Source: an uncultured Rhodobacteraceae bacterium
GTDB lineage: Bacteria > Pseudomonadota > Alphaproteobacteria > Rhodobacterales > Rhodobacteraceae
Direction: 5' to 3'
Length of the DNA: 64,000 nucleotides
NCBI GenBank assembly: GCA_947503765.1
Contig: CANNFA010000007.1
Span: 98,614 to 162,613, forward strand
Numbering within the stretch: position 1 is the first letter of the stretch; each line of letters starts with the position of its first letter. The position numbers and the translations under genes were made by a program. The notes under the pieces were generated by a model that was given only the letters and a program-made list of their open reading frames with translations, did no database searches and was not told the origin of the DNA. Below are positions 22,186-31,237 of the stretch, piece after piece.

Positions 22186-22434
22186 CGCCGAAGCCCGGCA
22201 GGGACACATATCGCCCGAACAGCGCCGAAGGCGCCGGGCGAGCGCCTGCCCGTCCCGGCGGGCTGGCGCTTTGGCCGTCCGTGCGCGCCCACCGAAACGA
22301 AGAGGGACGTGGCGGGGATAAATCGCATCGCTCGACCGTTGCGGCGCCAACCCGACGGGCAGGCACCCGCCCGGCATACCTCTTGCCATTTTGGCAAAGG
22401 CAGGAACCTTGCGCCCCCGCCCCTCCATCGCACG

Positions 22435-22464
22435 AAAAAGGCCCGCCTCTGTCCGAGGCGGGCC
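22435..22464 (-). terminator. Rho-independent terminator of petABC
   Basis: 10-bp stem GGCCCGCCTC/GAGGCGGGCC followed on the minus strand by TTTTT. Confidence 0.75.
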
Positions 22465-22491
22465 CGTGTCGTCACCAAACGGCGCGGCGCA

Positions 22492-23301
22492 TCACTTTGC
22501 CGGGGCGTCCTTGGTCTTTTTCTTGATCGGCGCCCAGATCCGCTTGTTGGTCAGGTACAGCAGGCAGGTCAGCACCGTCAGGAACAGCACCCCGACCAGC
22601 CCGGCATGCTTGCGCTCCATCATCTTGGGCTCGGCCGCCCACATCAGGAACGCGGCCACGTCCTTGGAGATCGATTCGATATCGTTCGGCGATCCGTCCT
22701 CGAAATCGACATCCTCGCCCCAGAGCGGCGGCGCCATCGAGATCCAGCCGCCCGGGAACGCCGTGTTCTCGTACAGGATGGTGCCCGCCTGTTCCGATTC
22801 CTCGCCGGTATAGCCGGCAAGCAGCGACGCGATGTATTCCGCGCCGCCGATACCCCGGAAGAACTGGTTGATGCCCAGCCCGTAGGGGCCGTGGAAGCCG
22901 GCGCGCGCCTTGGCCATCAGCGACAGGTCCGGCGCGCCGGCCGAGGTGATGTGCGGGAAGTGGTCCGACGGCTTGGCGGCGCGGTAATCTTCCAGCTCGG
23001 TGTCGTAGACCTCGACGAAATCGGCGGCATAGGCGCGCACCTGATCCTCGGGCAGGCCCGGCCCGGTCTCCGAGCCCAGCGTGCGGATCGGCACGTAGCG
23101 CAGCCCGTGGCAGGCCGAACAGATCTCGGTATAGACCTGCAGGCCGCGTTGCAGCTGGAACTGGTCGTATGTGCCGAACGGCCCCTCGAACGAGAAGTCG
23201 TAATCGGTCACATGCGCTTCCTCGGCGGCGCTGCCGATGCTCGGCATCAGCCCGAGGCACAGCGCCGCGGCAAGGGCGGAAAGGGTGGTCTTGCGGATCA
23301 T
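22492..23301 (-). CDS. petC: Cytochrome c1
   Basis: CSACH heme motif, [10 protein letters not shown] and a C-terminal TM helix. Start at MIRKTT. Confidence 0.95.
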   Translation of the reverse strand: MIRKTTLSALAAALCLGLMPSIGSAAEEAHVTDYDFSFEGPFGTYDQFQLQRGLQVYTEICSACHGLRYVPIRTLGSETGPGLPEDQVRAYAADFVEVYDTELEDYRAAKPSDHFPHITSAGAPDLSLMAKARAGFHGPYGLGINQFFRGIGGAEYIASLLAGYTGEESEQAGTILYENTAFPGGWISMAPPLWGEDVDFEDGSPNDIESISKDVAAFLMWAAEPKMMERKHAGLVGVLFLTVLTCLLYLTNKRIWAPIKKKTKDAPAK

Positions 23302-23318
23302 GTCTATTCCTTTCCCGC

Positions 23319-24659
23319 TCATTCCGCCGGGTCCACGACGGTGTGCGTTCCGCCGGTGGGCGCGGCATGGGCCCTGAAATCTTCCTCGATGGTTTCGGGC
23401 TGCGCCAGCGGCTTTTCGATGACACCCAGAAGCGGCAGGATCACCAGGAAATAGGCGAACCAGTAGGCCGCTCCGATCAGCGAGATGATCGAATAGGGCG
23501 GCTCCGCCGGCATCGCGCCGCACCACATCAGCACGATGAAATCCACGGCCAGCAGCCAGAACCACCACTTGAACATCGGCCGGTAGCGGCCCGAGCGCAC
23601 CGCCGACGTGTCCAGCCAAGGTGTCAGCGCCAGAACGATGATCGCGCCGAACATCGCCAGCACGCCGAAGAACTTGGCGTCGATGATGCCGCCGGTGATC
23701 CAGCTTGCCGCCATCACCACCCAGACGTCCGAGGTAAAGGCCCGCAGGATCGCGTAGAACGGCAGGAAGTACCATTCGGGGACGATATGCGCCGGCGTCG
23801 CCAGCGGGTTCGCCTCGATGTAGTTGTCGGGGTGGCCCAGGTAGTTCGGCATGAAGCCGACGATGGCGAAGAACACCACCAGGATCAGCACCAGCGCGAA
23901 CAGGTCCTTCATCACGAAATAGGGCCAGAACGGCAGCGTGTCCTTCTCCGCCTCGGCCTTGGAGGTGCGGCGCACCTCGACCCCGGTCGGGTTGTTGTTG
24001 CCGGTCGAGTGGAACGCCCAGACATGGACGATCACCAGCCCGGCGATGACGAAGGGCAGCAGGTAATGCAGGCTGAAGAAGCGGTTCAGCGTCGCGTTGT
24101 CCACCGCCGGCCCGCCCAGAAGCCAGGTCTGGATCGGCTCGCCGATGAACGGGATCGCGCCGAACAGGCCGGTGATCACCGTGGCGCCCCAGAACGACAT
24201 CTGCCCCCAGGGCAGGACATAGCCCATGAACGCGGTGCCCATCATGCACAGGTAGATCAGCATGCCGATGATCCACGTCACCTCTCGCGGGGCCTTGTAC
24301 GACCCGTAATAAAGCCCGCGGAAGATGTGGATATAGACGGCGAGGAAGAACAGCGACGCGCCGTTGGTGTGGATGTAGCGCAGCATGAAGCCGCCATTCA
24401 CGTTGCGCATGATGTGCTCGACGCTGGCGAAGGCCAGGTCGACATGCGGCGTGTAATGCATCGCCAGCACGATGCCGGTGACGATCTGCAACACCAGGCA
24501 GAAGGCCAGCACGATGCCCCAGATCCACCACCAGTTCAGGTTCTTCGGGGTGGGGATCATCAGGGTGTCATACAGCAGCGCCACCACTTTCAGGCGCTTG
24601 TCGAGCCATTTCTCCGCGCCGGTCTTCGGCTCGTAATGGTCGTGGGGAATTCCGGACAT
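23319..24659 (-). CDS. petB: Cytochrome b
   Basis: [18 protein letters not shown] and the PEWY motif. Confidence 0.97.
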   Translation of the reverse strand: MSGIPHDHYEPKTGAEKWLDKRLKVVALLYDTLMIPTPKNLNWWWIWGIVLAFCLVLQIVTGIVLAMHYTPHVDLAFASVEHIMRNVNGGFMLRYIHTNGASLFFLAVYIHIFRGLYYGSYKAPREVTWIIGMLIYLCMMGTAFMGYVLPWGQMSFWGATVITGLFGAIPFIGEPIQTWLLGGPAVDNATLNRFFSLHYLLPFVIAGLVIVHVWAFHSTGNNNPTGVEVRRTSKAEAEKDTLPFWPYFVMKDLFALVLILVVFFAIVGFMPNYLGHPDNYIEANPLATPAHIVPEWYFLPFYAILRAFTSDVWVVMAASWITGGIIDAKFFGVLAMFGAIIVLALTPWLDTSAVRSGRYRPMFKWWFWLLAVDFIVLMWCGAMPAEPPYSIISLIGAAYWFAYFLVILPLLGVIEKPLAQPETIEEDFRAHAAPTGGTHTVVDPAE

Positions 24660-24671
24660 GCGTTGTCTCCC

Positions 24672-25250
24672 TTAGCCGAGAACGATCGAGTCTTCACCGT
24701 CGAAGGCGGCGACCGGGATCGGCAGGTTTTCCGGGGCGGGGCCTTTGCGGATGCGGCCCGCGGTGTCGTAATGCGAGCCGTGGCACGGGCAGAACCAGCC
24801 GCCAAGGCCGCTGTCCAGCACGTAATCGCCCGCATTGCTCAGCGGAACGCAGCCCAGATGCGTGCACACGCCGATCTGCACCAGCCACTCCTCGCTGTCG
24901 TCCAGCGCGCGGTTGGGGTCGGTCGCCTGCGCGTCGGCGGGAAGGTTCGCGTTGCGCGCGTTGCTGTCGGGCAGCGTGGACACGTCGACATCGCGCGCCG
25001 CCTCGATCTCCGCCGGGGTGCGGCGGCGGATGAAGACCGGCTTGCCCAGCCACTTGACGGTCAGCTGCGTGCCCTCGGCGACGCCGCTGATGTCGACGCG
25101 GATCGAGCTGAGCGCCTGCACGTCTGCGGACGGGTTCATCTGGTTGACAAGGGGCCAGACCGCTGCGCCAGCCGCGACAGTGCCGGCGCCGGCGGTCGCG
25201 TAGTACAGGAAGTCGCGGCGTGTGCCTTCGTGGTCGTCTGCGTGGGACAC
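24672..25250 (-). CDS. petA: Rieske Fe-S protein of the bc1 complex
   Basis: Tat motif RRDFL, CTHLGC and CPCHGS. Confidence 0.97.
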   Translation of the reverse strand: MSHADDHEGTRRDFLYYATAGAGTVAAGAAVWPLVNQMNPSADVQALSSIRVDISGVAEGTQLTVKWLGKPVFIRRRTPAEIEAARDVDVSTLPDSNARNANLPADAQATDPNRALDDSEEWLVQIGVCTHLGCVPLSNAGDYVLDSGLGGWFCPCHGSHYDTAGRIRKGPAPENLPIPVAAFDGEDSIVLG

Positions 25251-25544
25251 GAGCGTTTCTCCATTCCTCGGCCGGCACCCCGGCCCGCATCAGATATCAA
25301 GGCGCAGGAATCCCGCACCTTTTTGCACCGCCGTAATAGGGCGAAGCCGGAATGCCGTAAAGCGCCCATTGCCACCCCATGGTGGCGCATTGTCGCGCCT
25401 GATGCCGGGAACCCACGGAAAACCGGCGCAAATCGGGGACAGTGCCGGCGAGAGGCAAGGATTCCGCCACGAAACATTTGATATTCCCGCCGCGAATTGC
25501 CATTTCTGGGCGGGACATGCATCGCCTCTGGAGTGTGAAGCGAA

Positions 25545-26216
25545 ATGAAAGCCGTATCGAAAGTTGTGGCAGCCGCGATCCTCGTCGCCGGGATGGCCAC
25601 ACCGGCCCTGGCCGAGATGGAACTGAGCTTCTACTCCGGGATCCAGGAATCGCCGCACAGCCGGGTGGAGGGCAACGATCCCGGCGGGCTTGGCGCGTTC
25701 AGCTTCCTGTCGGAATGGGAAGGCCGGTCGTTCGACATGCCGCCCTATTACGGCCTGCGCGGCACCTGGTGGACACCGGGCAACCCGAACCTCGGCTTCG
25801 GCCTCGAATTCACGCATAACAAGGTTTACGCCGACGACGCGACGCTGCGCGACAACGGGCTGAACACGCTGGAATTCACCGATGGCCTGAACCTGGTGAC
25901 GGCGAACGTCTGGTATCGCTGGCCGGGTGCCTGGGCGAATGGCAACCTGACCCCCTATGTCGGCGGCGGTGTCGGTGTCGCCATACCCTATGTCGAGTTC
26001 GCGACGGCGGGCGGCAGCACCTTCGAATACCAGATGACCGGCGCCGCCGTTCAGGCGGTCGCGGGGATCAAGTACAACCTCAGCGACAGCTGGGCGATCT
26101 TCGGCGAATACAAGGGCACCTATTCGATGAACGAGGCCGACCTGTCGAATGGCGGCACGCTCAGCACCGACATCGTGACCAACGCGATCAACGTCGGCGT
26201 CTCCTTCAGCTTCTGA
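25545..26216 (+). CDS. Outer-membrane beta-barrel protein, LpxQ (lipid A oxidase)-like
   Basis: WEGRSFDMPPYYG, THNKVYADD, LEFTDGLN, EYKGTYS and terminal VGVSFSF resemble my recollection of rhizobial LpxQ. Confidence 0.7.
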   Translation: MKAVSKVVAAAILVAGMATPALAEMELSFYSGIQESPHSRVEGNDPGGLGAFSFLSEWEGRSFDMPPYYGLRGTWWTPGNPNLGFGLEFTHNKVYADDATLRDNGLNTLEFTDGLNLVTANVWYRWPGAWANGNLTPYVGGGVGVAIPYVEFATAGGSTFEYQMTGAAVQAVAGIKYNLSDSWAIFGEYKGTYSMNEADLSNGGTLSTDIVTNAINVGVSFSF

Positions 26217-26228
26217 TCGCCGGGCGCG

Positions 26229-26837
26229 TCAGGCTTTCGGCGCCGTCGCCGCCATCGATTCGCGCCGGCCGAACGTGTCGAACCACGCAGCCAGCGGCGC
26301 GCGCCCGGTGCGCCAGTCGCGGTCCGCCAGCCGGAAATCGAGATATCCAAGCGCGCAGCCAAGCGCGATCTGGCCGATGTTCAGATCGCCGGCCAGCAGC
26401 CCGGCCCAGCGCGCGGTGCCGGTGTCGAGCGCCCGCTCGATCTTGGCCCATTGCGCCTCCACCCAGTCGGGATAGCGGATCGGCTCGGGCCGGGCGCGCC
26501 CCTCGTAGATCATCAGAACGGCGGCATCCATGATCCCGTCGGCCATCGCCTCCAGCGTCAGCACCTCCCACAGTGCGTTCTCGGGATAAAGTCCGGCCCC
26601 CGCCCGCATGTCGAGGAACCGGCAGATCACCCGGCTGTCATACAGCGCCGCGCCGTCGGCCTTCAGCAGGCACGGGATCTTGCCCAGCGGGTTGTGATCC
26701 AGCGGCAGCCGCCCGGTATCGAGCGGATGGCCCACGGCAAAGATCGTCTCGACATCGCCGGTCTGCCCGGTCTCGTGCAGCAGAACCTGCACCTTGCGGC
26801 AGAACGGCGAAGCGGGGTTGTCGTAAAGCCGGAACAT
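26229..26837 (-). CDS. Glutathione S-transferase
   Basis: SPFCRKV, NPLGKIPCL, LYDSRVI and CALGYLDFR. Confidence 0.88.
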   Translation of the reverse strand: MFRLYDNPASPFCRKVQVLLHETGQTGDVETIFAVGHPLDTGRLPLDHNPLGKIPCLLKADGAALYDSRVICRFLDMRAGAGLYPENALWEVLTLEAMADGIMDAAVLMIYEGRARPEPIRYPDWVEAQWAKIERALDTGTARWAGLLAGDLNIGQIALGCALGYLDFRLADRDWRTGRAPLAAWFDTFGRRESMAATAPKA

Positions 26838-26928
26838 GGGCTCGGTCCTTCGGGCGGAATTTTTTGATCGGGCAGACCTACGCGCCGGCGGTGCGCCTTG
26901 TCCAGCATTTCCGGTATGCCCGGCCCTG

Positions 26929-28191
26929 TCAGGCCGCAACCAGCCGCCCGCCATCCCGCCCGGCAATGCGCGCGCGCACGATCCGGCCCTCCGGCTGCGG
27001 TGCGGCGAATGTCACCTCGGCGAATTGCGCGGTGCGTCCCAGCACCGGGCTTTCCATCAGCACGTCATGCATCTTCCCGACCTGCGCCGCCAGGTGCCGC
27101 TCTGCCGCCGCCGCGCCGGCCGCGCGCAGCCGCGCCGCGCGGTCCTTGACGGCGCGCCCGTCCACCTGCGGCATCCGCGCCGCCGGGGTGCCGGGGCGCG
27201 GCGAATAGGGAAAGACGTGCAGCCATGTCAGCCCGCATTCCTCGACCAGCCGCAGCGAGTTTTCGAACATCGCCTCGGTCTCGGTCGGAAAGCCCGCGAT
27301 GATGTCGGCGCCAAAGGTCATGTCAGGCCGCAGCCGCCGCGCCTCTTGGCAGAACCCGATCGCGTCGGCGCGCAGATGCCGCCGCTTCATCCGTTTCAGG
27401 ATCATGTCGTCGCCGGCTTGAAGCGACAGATGCAGATGCGGCATCAGCCGGTCCTCTTCGGCAATGGCGCGCATCAGATTGTCATCCGCCTCGATCGAAT
27501 CGATCGACGAGATCCGCAAGCGCGGCAGGTCCGGCACCAGCCGCAGGATGCGCATCACCAGATCGCCAAGCCGCGGCCCGCCCGGCAGATCCAGCCCCCA
27601 GGAGGTCAGATCGACCCCGGTCAGCACGACCTCGTTGTAGCCGCGCGCGCACAGCCGCGCGATCTGCTCGACCACCACCCCGGCGGGAACGCTGCGCGAA
27701 TTGCCCCGGCCGTAAGGGATGATGCAGAAGGTGCAGCGATGATCGCAACCGTTCTGGATCTGCACATAGGCGCGGCTGCGGGTGCCGAACCCGTCGATCA
27801 GGTGGCCGGCGGTTTCCGTCACCGACATGATGTCGTCGACCTGCACCGGCTCGGTCGCGCCGATCAGGTCGGGGGCCATGCGCCGCCACGTCTCGGGGCG
27901 CATCTTCTCGGCATTGCCGATGACATGGTCGACCTCTTCCATCGCGGCAAAGCCGTCGGGGTCGATCTGCGCCGCGCAGCCGGTGACGATGACCCGCGCG
28001 CCGGGGTTGTCGCGCCTCAGCCGCCGGATCTCCTGCCGGGCCTTGCGCACGGCCTCCTGCGTGACGGCACAGGTATTGACGACCACGGCATCCCCGACCC
28101 CGTGCGCGGCGGCCAGATCCTTCATCGCCTCGGTCTCGTAGGCGTTCAGCCGGCAGCCCAGCGTGGTGAATTTCGGCGCGGCGCGGACCAT
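26929..28191 (-). CDS. mtaB: tRNA t6A37 methylthiotransferase
   Basis: TLGCRLNAYE, NTCAVT and the radical SAM motif CDHRCTFC. Confidence 0.9.
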   Translation of the reverse strand: MVRAAPKFTTLGCRLNAYETEAMKDLAAAHGVGDAVVVNTCAVTQEAVRKARQEIRRLRRDNPGARVIVTGCAAQIDPDGFAAMEEVDHVIGNAEKMRPETWRRMAPDLIGATEPVQVDDIMSVTETAGHLIDGFGTRSRAYVQIQNGCDHRCTFCIIPYGRGNSRSVPAGVVVEQIARLCARGYNEVVLTGVDLTSWGLDLPGGPRLGDLVMRILRLVPDLPRLRISSIDSIEADDNLMRAIAEEDRLMPHLHLSLQAGDDMILKRMKRRHLRADAIGFCQEARRLRPDMTFGADIIAGFPTETEAMFENSLRLVEECGLTWLHVFPYSPRPGTPAARMPQVDGRAVKDRAARLRAAGAAAAERHLAAQVGKMHDVLMESPVLGRTAQFAEVTFAAPQPEGRIVRARIAGRDGGRLVAA

Positions 28192-29028
28192 CTACAGAGC
28201 CTTCAGGAAGGCGGCGGTCAGCGTGCCGGAAAAGACATGCGCGGTCGGCCCGGTCATCCAGACGCCATCCTCGCGCCAGTCGATGTCGATATCGCCGCCG
28301 TCCAGCGTTATCCGCACGCGCCGCCCGGTCAGCCCGCGCCGCGCCGCCGCCACCGCCGCCGCGCAGGAGGACGAGCCCGAGGCCAGCGTGATGCCCGCCC
28401 CCCGCTCCCACACCCGCATCCGCAGGTGATCCGGCCCGACCAGATGCGCGAACTGCACGTTGGTCCGCTCGGAAAACAGCGGGTGACGTTCGATCTCGGC
28501 GCCGCGCGCGGCCAGATCCACCGTCTCGGCGTCGTCCACGAAGAAGGTGCAATGCGGGTTGCCCATCGACGTGGCCACCGGCGCACCCTCGATCGGCAGG
28601 CGCAGGGTATCCACCGCCTCGGCCAGCGGGATCGCCGCCCATCCGGTGACCGGCGCGCCCATGTTGACCCGCGTCAGCCCGCCGCCCGCATCCTCGCAGG
28701 CCAGAACGCCGCGCCCGGTGCGCAGCGCGACCGCACCCTTGCCGGTCTCGTCCATCAGCAGGCGGGCGATGCAGCGCGTGGCGTTGCCGCAGGCATCCGA
28801 CAGCGAGCCGTCGGAATTGTAGAAGGTCAGCCGCGCATCGGTGCCCGTGTCGGCCCCGACCACCGCAAGCTGATCGAACCCGACCCCGCGGTGCCGATCG
28901 GCCAGCGCCCGCACCAGCCCCGCAGACAGCTCCGCCCCGCCCGCGCGGCGATCCACCACCACGAAGTCGTTGCCGAGCCCATGCATTTTCAGGAACCCGA
29001 AGCCGTTCTGATCGTCATCGCCGCGCAT
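28192..29028 (-). CDS. dapF: Diaminopimelate epimerase
   Basis: [22 protein letters not shown] and RVWERGAG. The second catalytic position reads LASGSS rather than LACGTG. Confidence 0.92.
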   Translation of the reverse strand: MRGDDDQNGFGFLKMHGLGNDFVVVDRRAGGAELSAGLVRALADRHRGVGFDQLAVVGADTGTDARLTFYNSDGSLSDACGNATRCIARLLMDETGKGAVALRTGRGVLACEDAGGGLTRVNMGAPVTGWAAIPLAEAVDTLRLPIEGAPVATSMGNPHCTFFVDDAETVDLAARGAEIERHPLFSERTNVQFAHLVGPDHLRMRVWERGAGITLASGSSSCAAAVAAARRGLTGRRVRITLDGGDIDIDWREDGVWMTGPTAHVFSGTLTAAFLKAL

Positions 29029-29135
29029 GGCGCGCCTATATCCCCACCGCCCGACCGAATCCAGAGCCTGCGCGTTTCGCGGTGGATTTTGGCCTTGACC
29101 GCCCTTCCCGCTTTTCCTACGTAAGCGCCTCATGT

Positions 29136-29211
29136 GGGCCGTTAGCTCAGTTGGTAGAGCAACTGACTTTTAATCAGTGGGTCGCAGGTTCGAATCCTGC
29201 ACGGCTCACCA
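29136..29211 (+). tRNA. tRNA-Lys (anticodon TTT), with encoded CCA
   Basis: 76-nt cloverleaf. Acceptor stem GGGCCGT/ACGGCTC, anticodon arm ACTGA-CTTTTAA-TCAGT, T-loop GTTCGAATC. Confidence 0.98.
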
Positions 29212-29213
29212 CT
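29161..29213 (+). repeat. att direct repeat, left copy (within tRNA-Lys)
   Basis: AACTGACTTTTAATCAGTGGGTCGCAGGTTCGAATCCTGCACGGCTCACCACT, identical to 63886-63938. Confidence 0.97.
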
Positions 29214-29276
29214 AAATCGCTAAAAAACAAGAGGTTAAGGATAGCGCAAAGCTAAGCCTTTCCCTCCTGTTTTTGT

Positions 29277-29297
29277 TTTGTCACCGGATTTGTCACC
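29277..29297 (+). repeat. Tandem integrase arm-type sites TTTGTCACC x2
   Basis: TTTGTCACC-GGA-TTTGTCACC. Twenty bp are identical to 63729-63748. Confidence 0.75.
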
Positions 29298-29538
29298 AGA
29301 ATTCCCGCAGCACTGTCAGTGCCCGGATTCGCCCGCAAGAAAACAAGAAAACCTGAATCCCGCCTACCGATTCACGCGCAGCCGCATCGTCCGGCATTGG
29401 CACCACGCCTTGCGCGCGTGCGCACGGGGGTTCCGCCCGCTATTGTGCAGGGTCGAACCTAATTTGTTGCGGTTTATAGCAGGTAGGCTTGGGCCGCCGG
29501 TCCCGATATGGGCGCATCAGGCTTTCACCGGCCCCCCG

Positions 29539-29685
29539 TCACTGTCGCCGCGCACCCTGGGCTTCCAGCCGCGCCCGTTCGCGCTGCATCTCGATCAGCA
29601 GCCGGTTGACGTGCTCCTTCGCCGCCTGTGCGGCCTCTGCGGCGCTCTTTCCTTCATCGCGCAGCTCTTTGCATCCATCGCCGGG
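29539..29685 (-). pseudogene. 3' remnant of an unidentified gene, fused back-to-back with the recombinase relic
   Basis: GC3-rich coding-like frame (CKELRDEGKSAAEAAQAAKEHVNRLLIEMQRERARLEAQGARRQ*) that begins abruptly where recombinase homology starts. Confidence 0.4.
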
Positions 29686-30554
29686 CCGAGCGTATTCGCG
29701 ACAAGTTTGCGGCCAGTCGCAAGAAAGGCATGTGGATGGGCGGCGTGCCACCCTACGGCTATCGGGTCGACAACCGTAAGCTGGTCGTTGACGAAGAGGC
29801 CGCCGCGCATGTGCGCTGGATCTTCGCCCGCTTCCTTGAGATCGGATCGGGGACTGAGCTGGCGCGCGAGGTCGCGAAACGCGGGATCCGCACGCCACGC
29901 GGTAACCGGATCGACAAGAAGTACATCTACCGGATGCTGAACAACCGCGCCTACATCGGCGAAGCGGTCCACAAGGGCGAGAGCTATCCCGGAGAGCACG
30001 ACGCCATCATCGACCGCGACACATGGGACCGCGTACACGCCATCCTGCAAGAAAGCCCCCGCAAGCGCGCCGCCCGCACCCGCGCCGATACGCCCGCGCT
30101 GCTGAAAGGGCTGCTCTACGGCCCCGATGGCGCGGCGTTCTCGCCGACCCACACCCGGAAAGGCGGCAAGCTCTACCGCTACTACGTCAGCCAGACCGTG
30201 CTGAAGCACGGCGCCGGGTCTTGCCCGGTCGGCCGGGTGCCCGCCGGCGAGATCGAGGCCGCCGTCATCGACCAGCTTCGCGCCGTGTTCCGCCAGCCGG
30301 AGATCGTCGCAGGGACGTGGAAGGCGGCACGCGCCCACACCGACGACATCTCCGAGGCCGACGCCCGCACCGCCCTGCAGCAGCTCGACCCGCTGTGGGA
30401 CGAACTGTTCCCTGCTGAGCAGGACCGCATCGTGGCGCTGCTGGTCGAGCGCGTGGATATCGGCACTGACGGGCTCAACGTCCGGCTCCGTGTGGACGGG
30501 CTCGGTGCCCTCGCGCGAGAGATGTTGGCTGGAGACATGGGTGCGGCCGCATGA
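29685..30554 (+). pseudogene. Large serine recombinase, 5'-truncated (catalytic domain missing)
   Basis: Homology starts at AERIRDKFAASRKKGMWMGGVPPYGY, followed by recombinase and zinc-ribbon-like regions. There is no N-terminal resolvase domain or catalytic Ser. Confidence 0.8.
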
Positions 30555-30940
30555 CCCGCGTGGCTCCGATCCTCGACACGGTGACGCTCCACGTCCCGTT
30601 CCGGGTCGTGAAGCGTGGCGGGCGGAAGGAGATGCAGTTGCCGGAAGGCGCCGCGCAGACGCGCAAGATCGATGGCGCACTAGTCAAGGCTCTGGCCCGC
30701 GCGTTCCGCTGGAAGCGCATGCTGGAGACAGGCGAGTTCGCCACCATCGCAGAGTTGGCCGAGCGCGAGGGGATCGCACCCTCCTACATGACCCGCGTCC
30801 TGCGGCTGACCCTGCTCGCGCCCGACATCGTCGAGGCGATCTTGGACGGGAAGCAGGCGCCGGAGGTGACGCTGGCGCGGGTGCTGGAGCCGTTCCCGAT
30901 CGACTGGAGTGAGCAGAAGAACACCTTCGCTCACACCTAA
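30551..30940 (+). CDS. Conserved recombinase-associated HTH-like protein
   Basis: VKRGGRK...LVKALARAFRW...IAELAEREGIAPSYMTRVLRLTLLAPDIVEAILDG. ATGA-coupled to the recombinase. Confidence 0.75.
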   Translation: MTRVAPILDTVTLHVPFRVVKRGGRKEMQLPEGAAQTRKIDGALVKALARAFRWKRMLETGEFATIAELAEREGIAPSYMTRVLRLTLLAPDIVEAILDGKQAPEVTLARVLEPFPIDWSEQKNTFAHT

Positions 30941-31030
30941 CTACCTGACTTGGTCCATTTCGCGCAGCTACACCTATTGCTTCGGTGGGCCAAATTGGCC
31001 AAAAGTGTAAGGCCAAGGGCGGGGAGTCAG

Positions 31031-31225
31031 ATGCAGACCCTGAGCGCGAAAGACGCGAAGTACGGCTTCGGACGGCTGATCGATCTCGCCCGAGCTGAAC
31101 CAGTGGCAGTGGCCAAGCATGGGCGGCAAGTCGTCGTAGTGATGGCGATTGAAGAATACGAGCGATTGAAGACGATCGAGGCAGATCGGAATGCCCCCCA
31201 GGCTGCGGATCGCACCAACGAATAG
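31031..31225 (+). CDS. Phd/YefM family antitoxin-like protein, with no adjacent toxin
   Basis: MQTLSAKDAKYGFGRLIDLARAEPVAVAKHGRQVVVVMAIEEYERL, with GGGGAG RBS. Confidence 0.85.
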   Translation: MQTLSAKDAKYGFGRLIDLARAEPVAVAKHGRQVVVVMAIEEYERLKTIEADRNAPQAADRTNE

Positions 31226-31237
31226 AACGAGGGCCAC

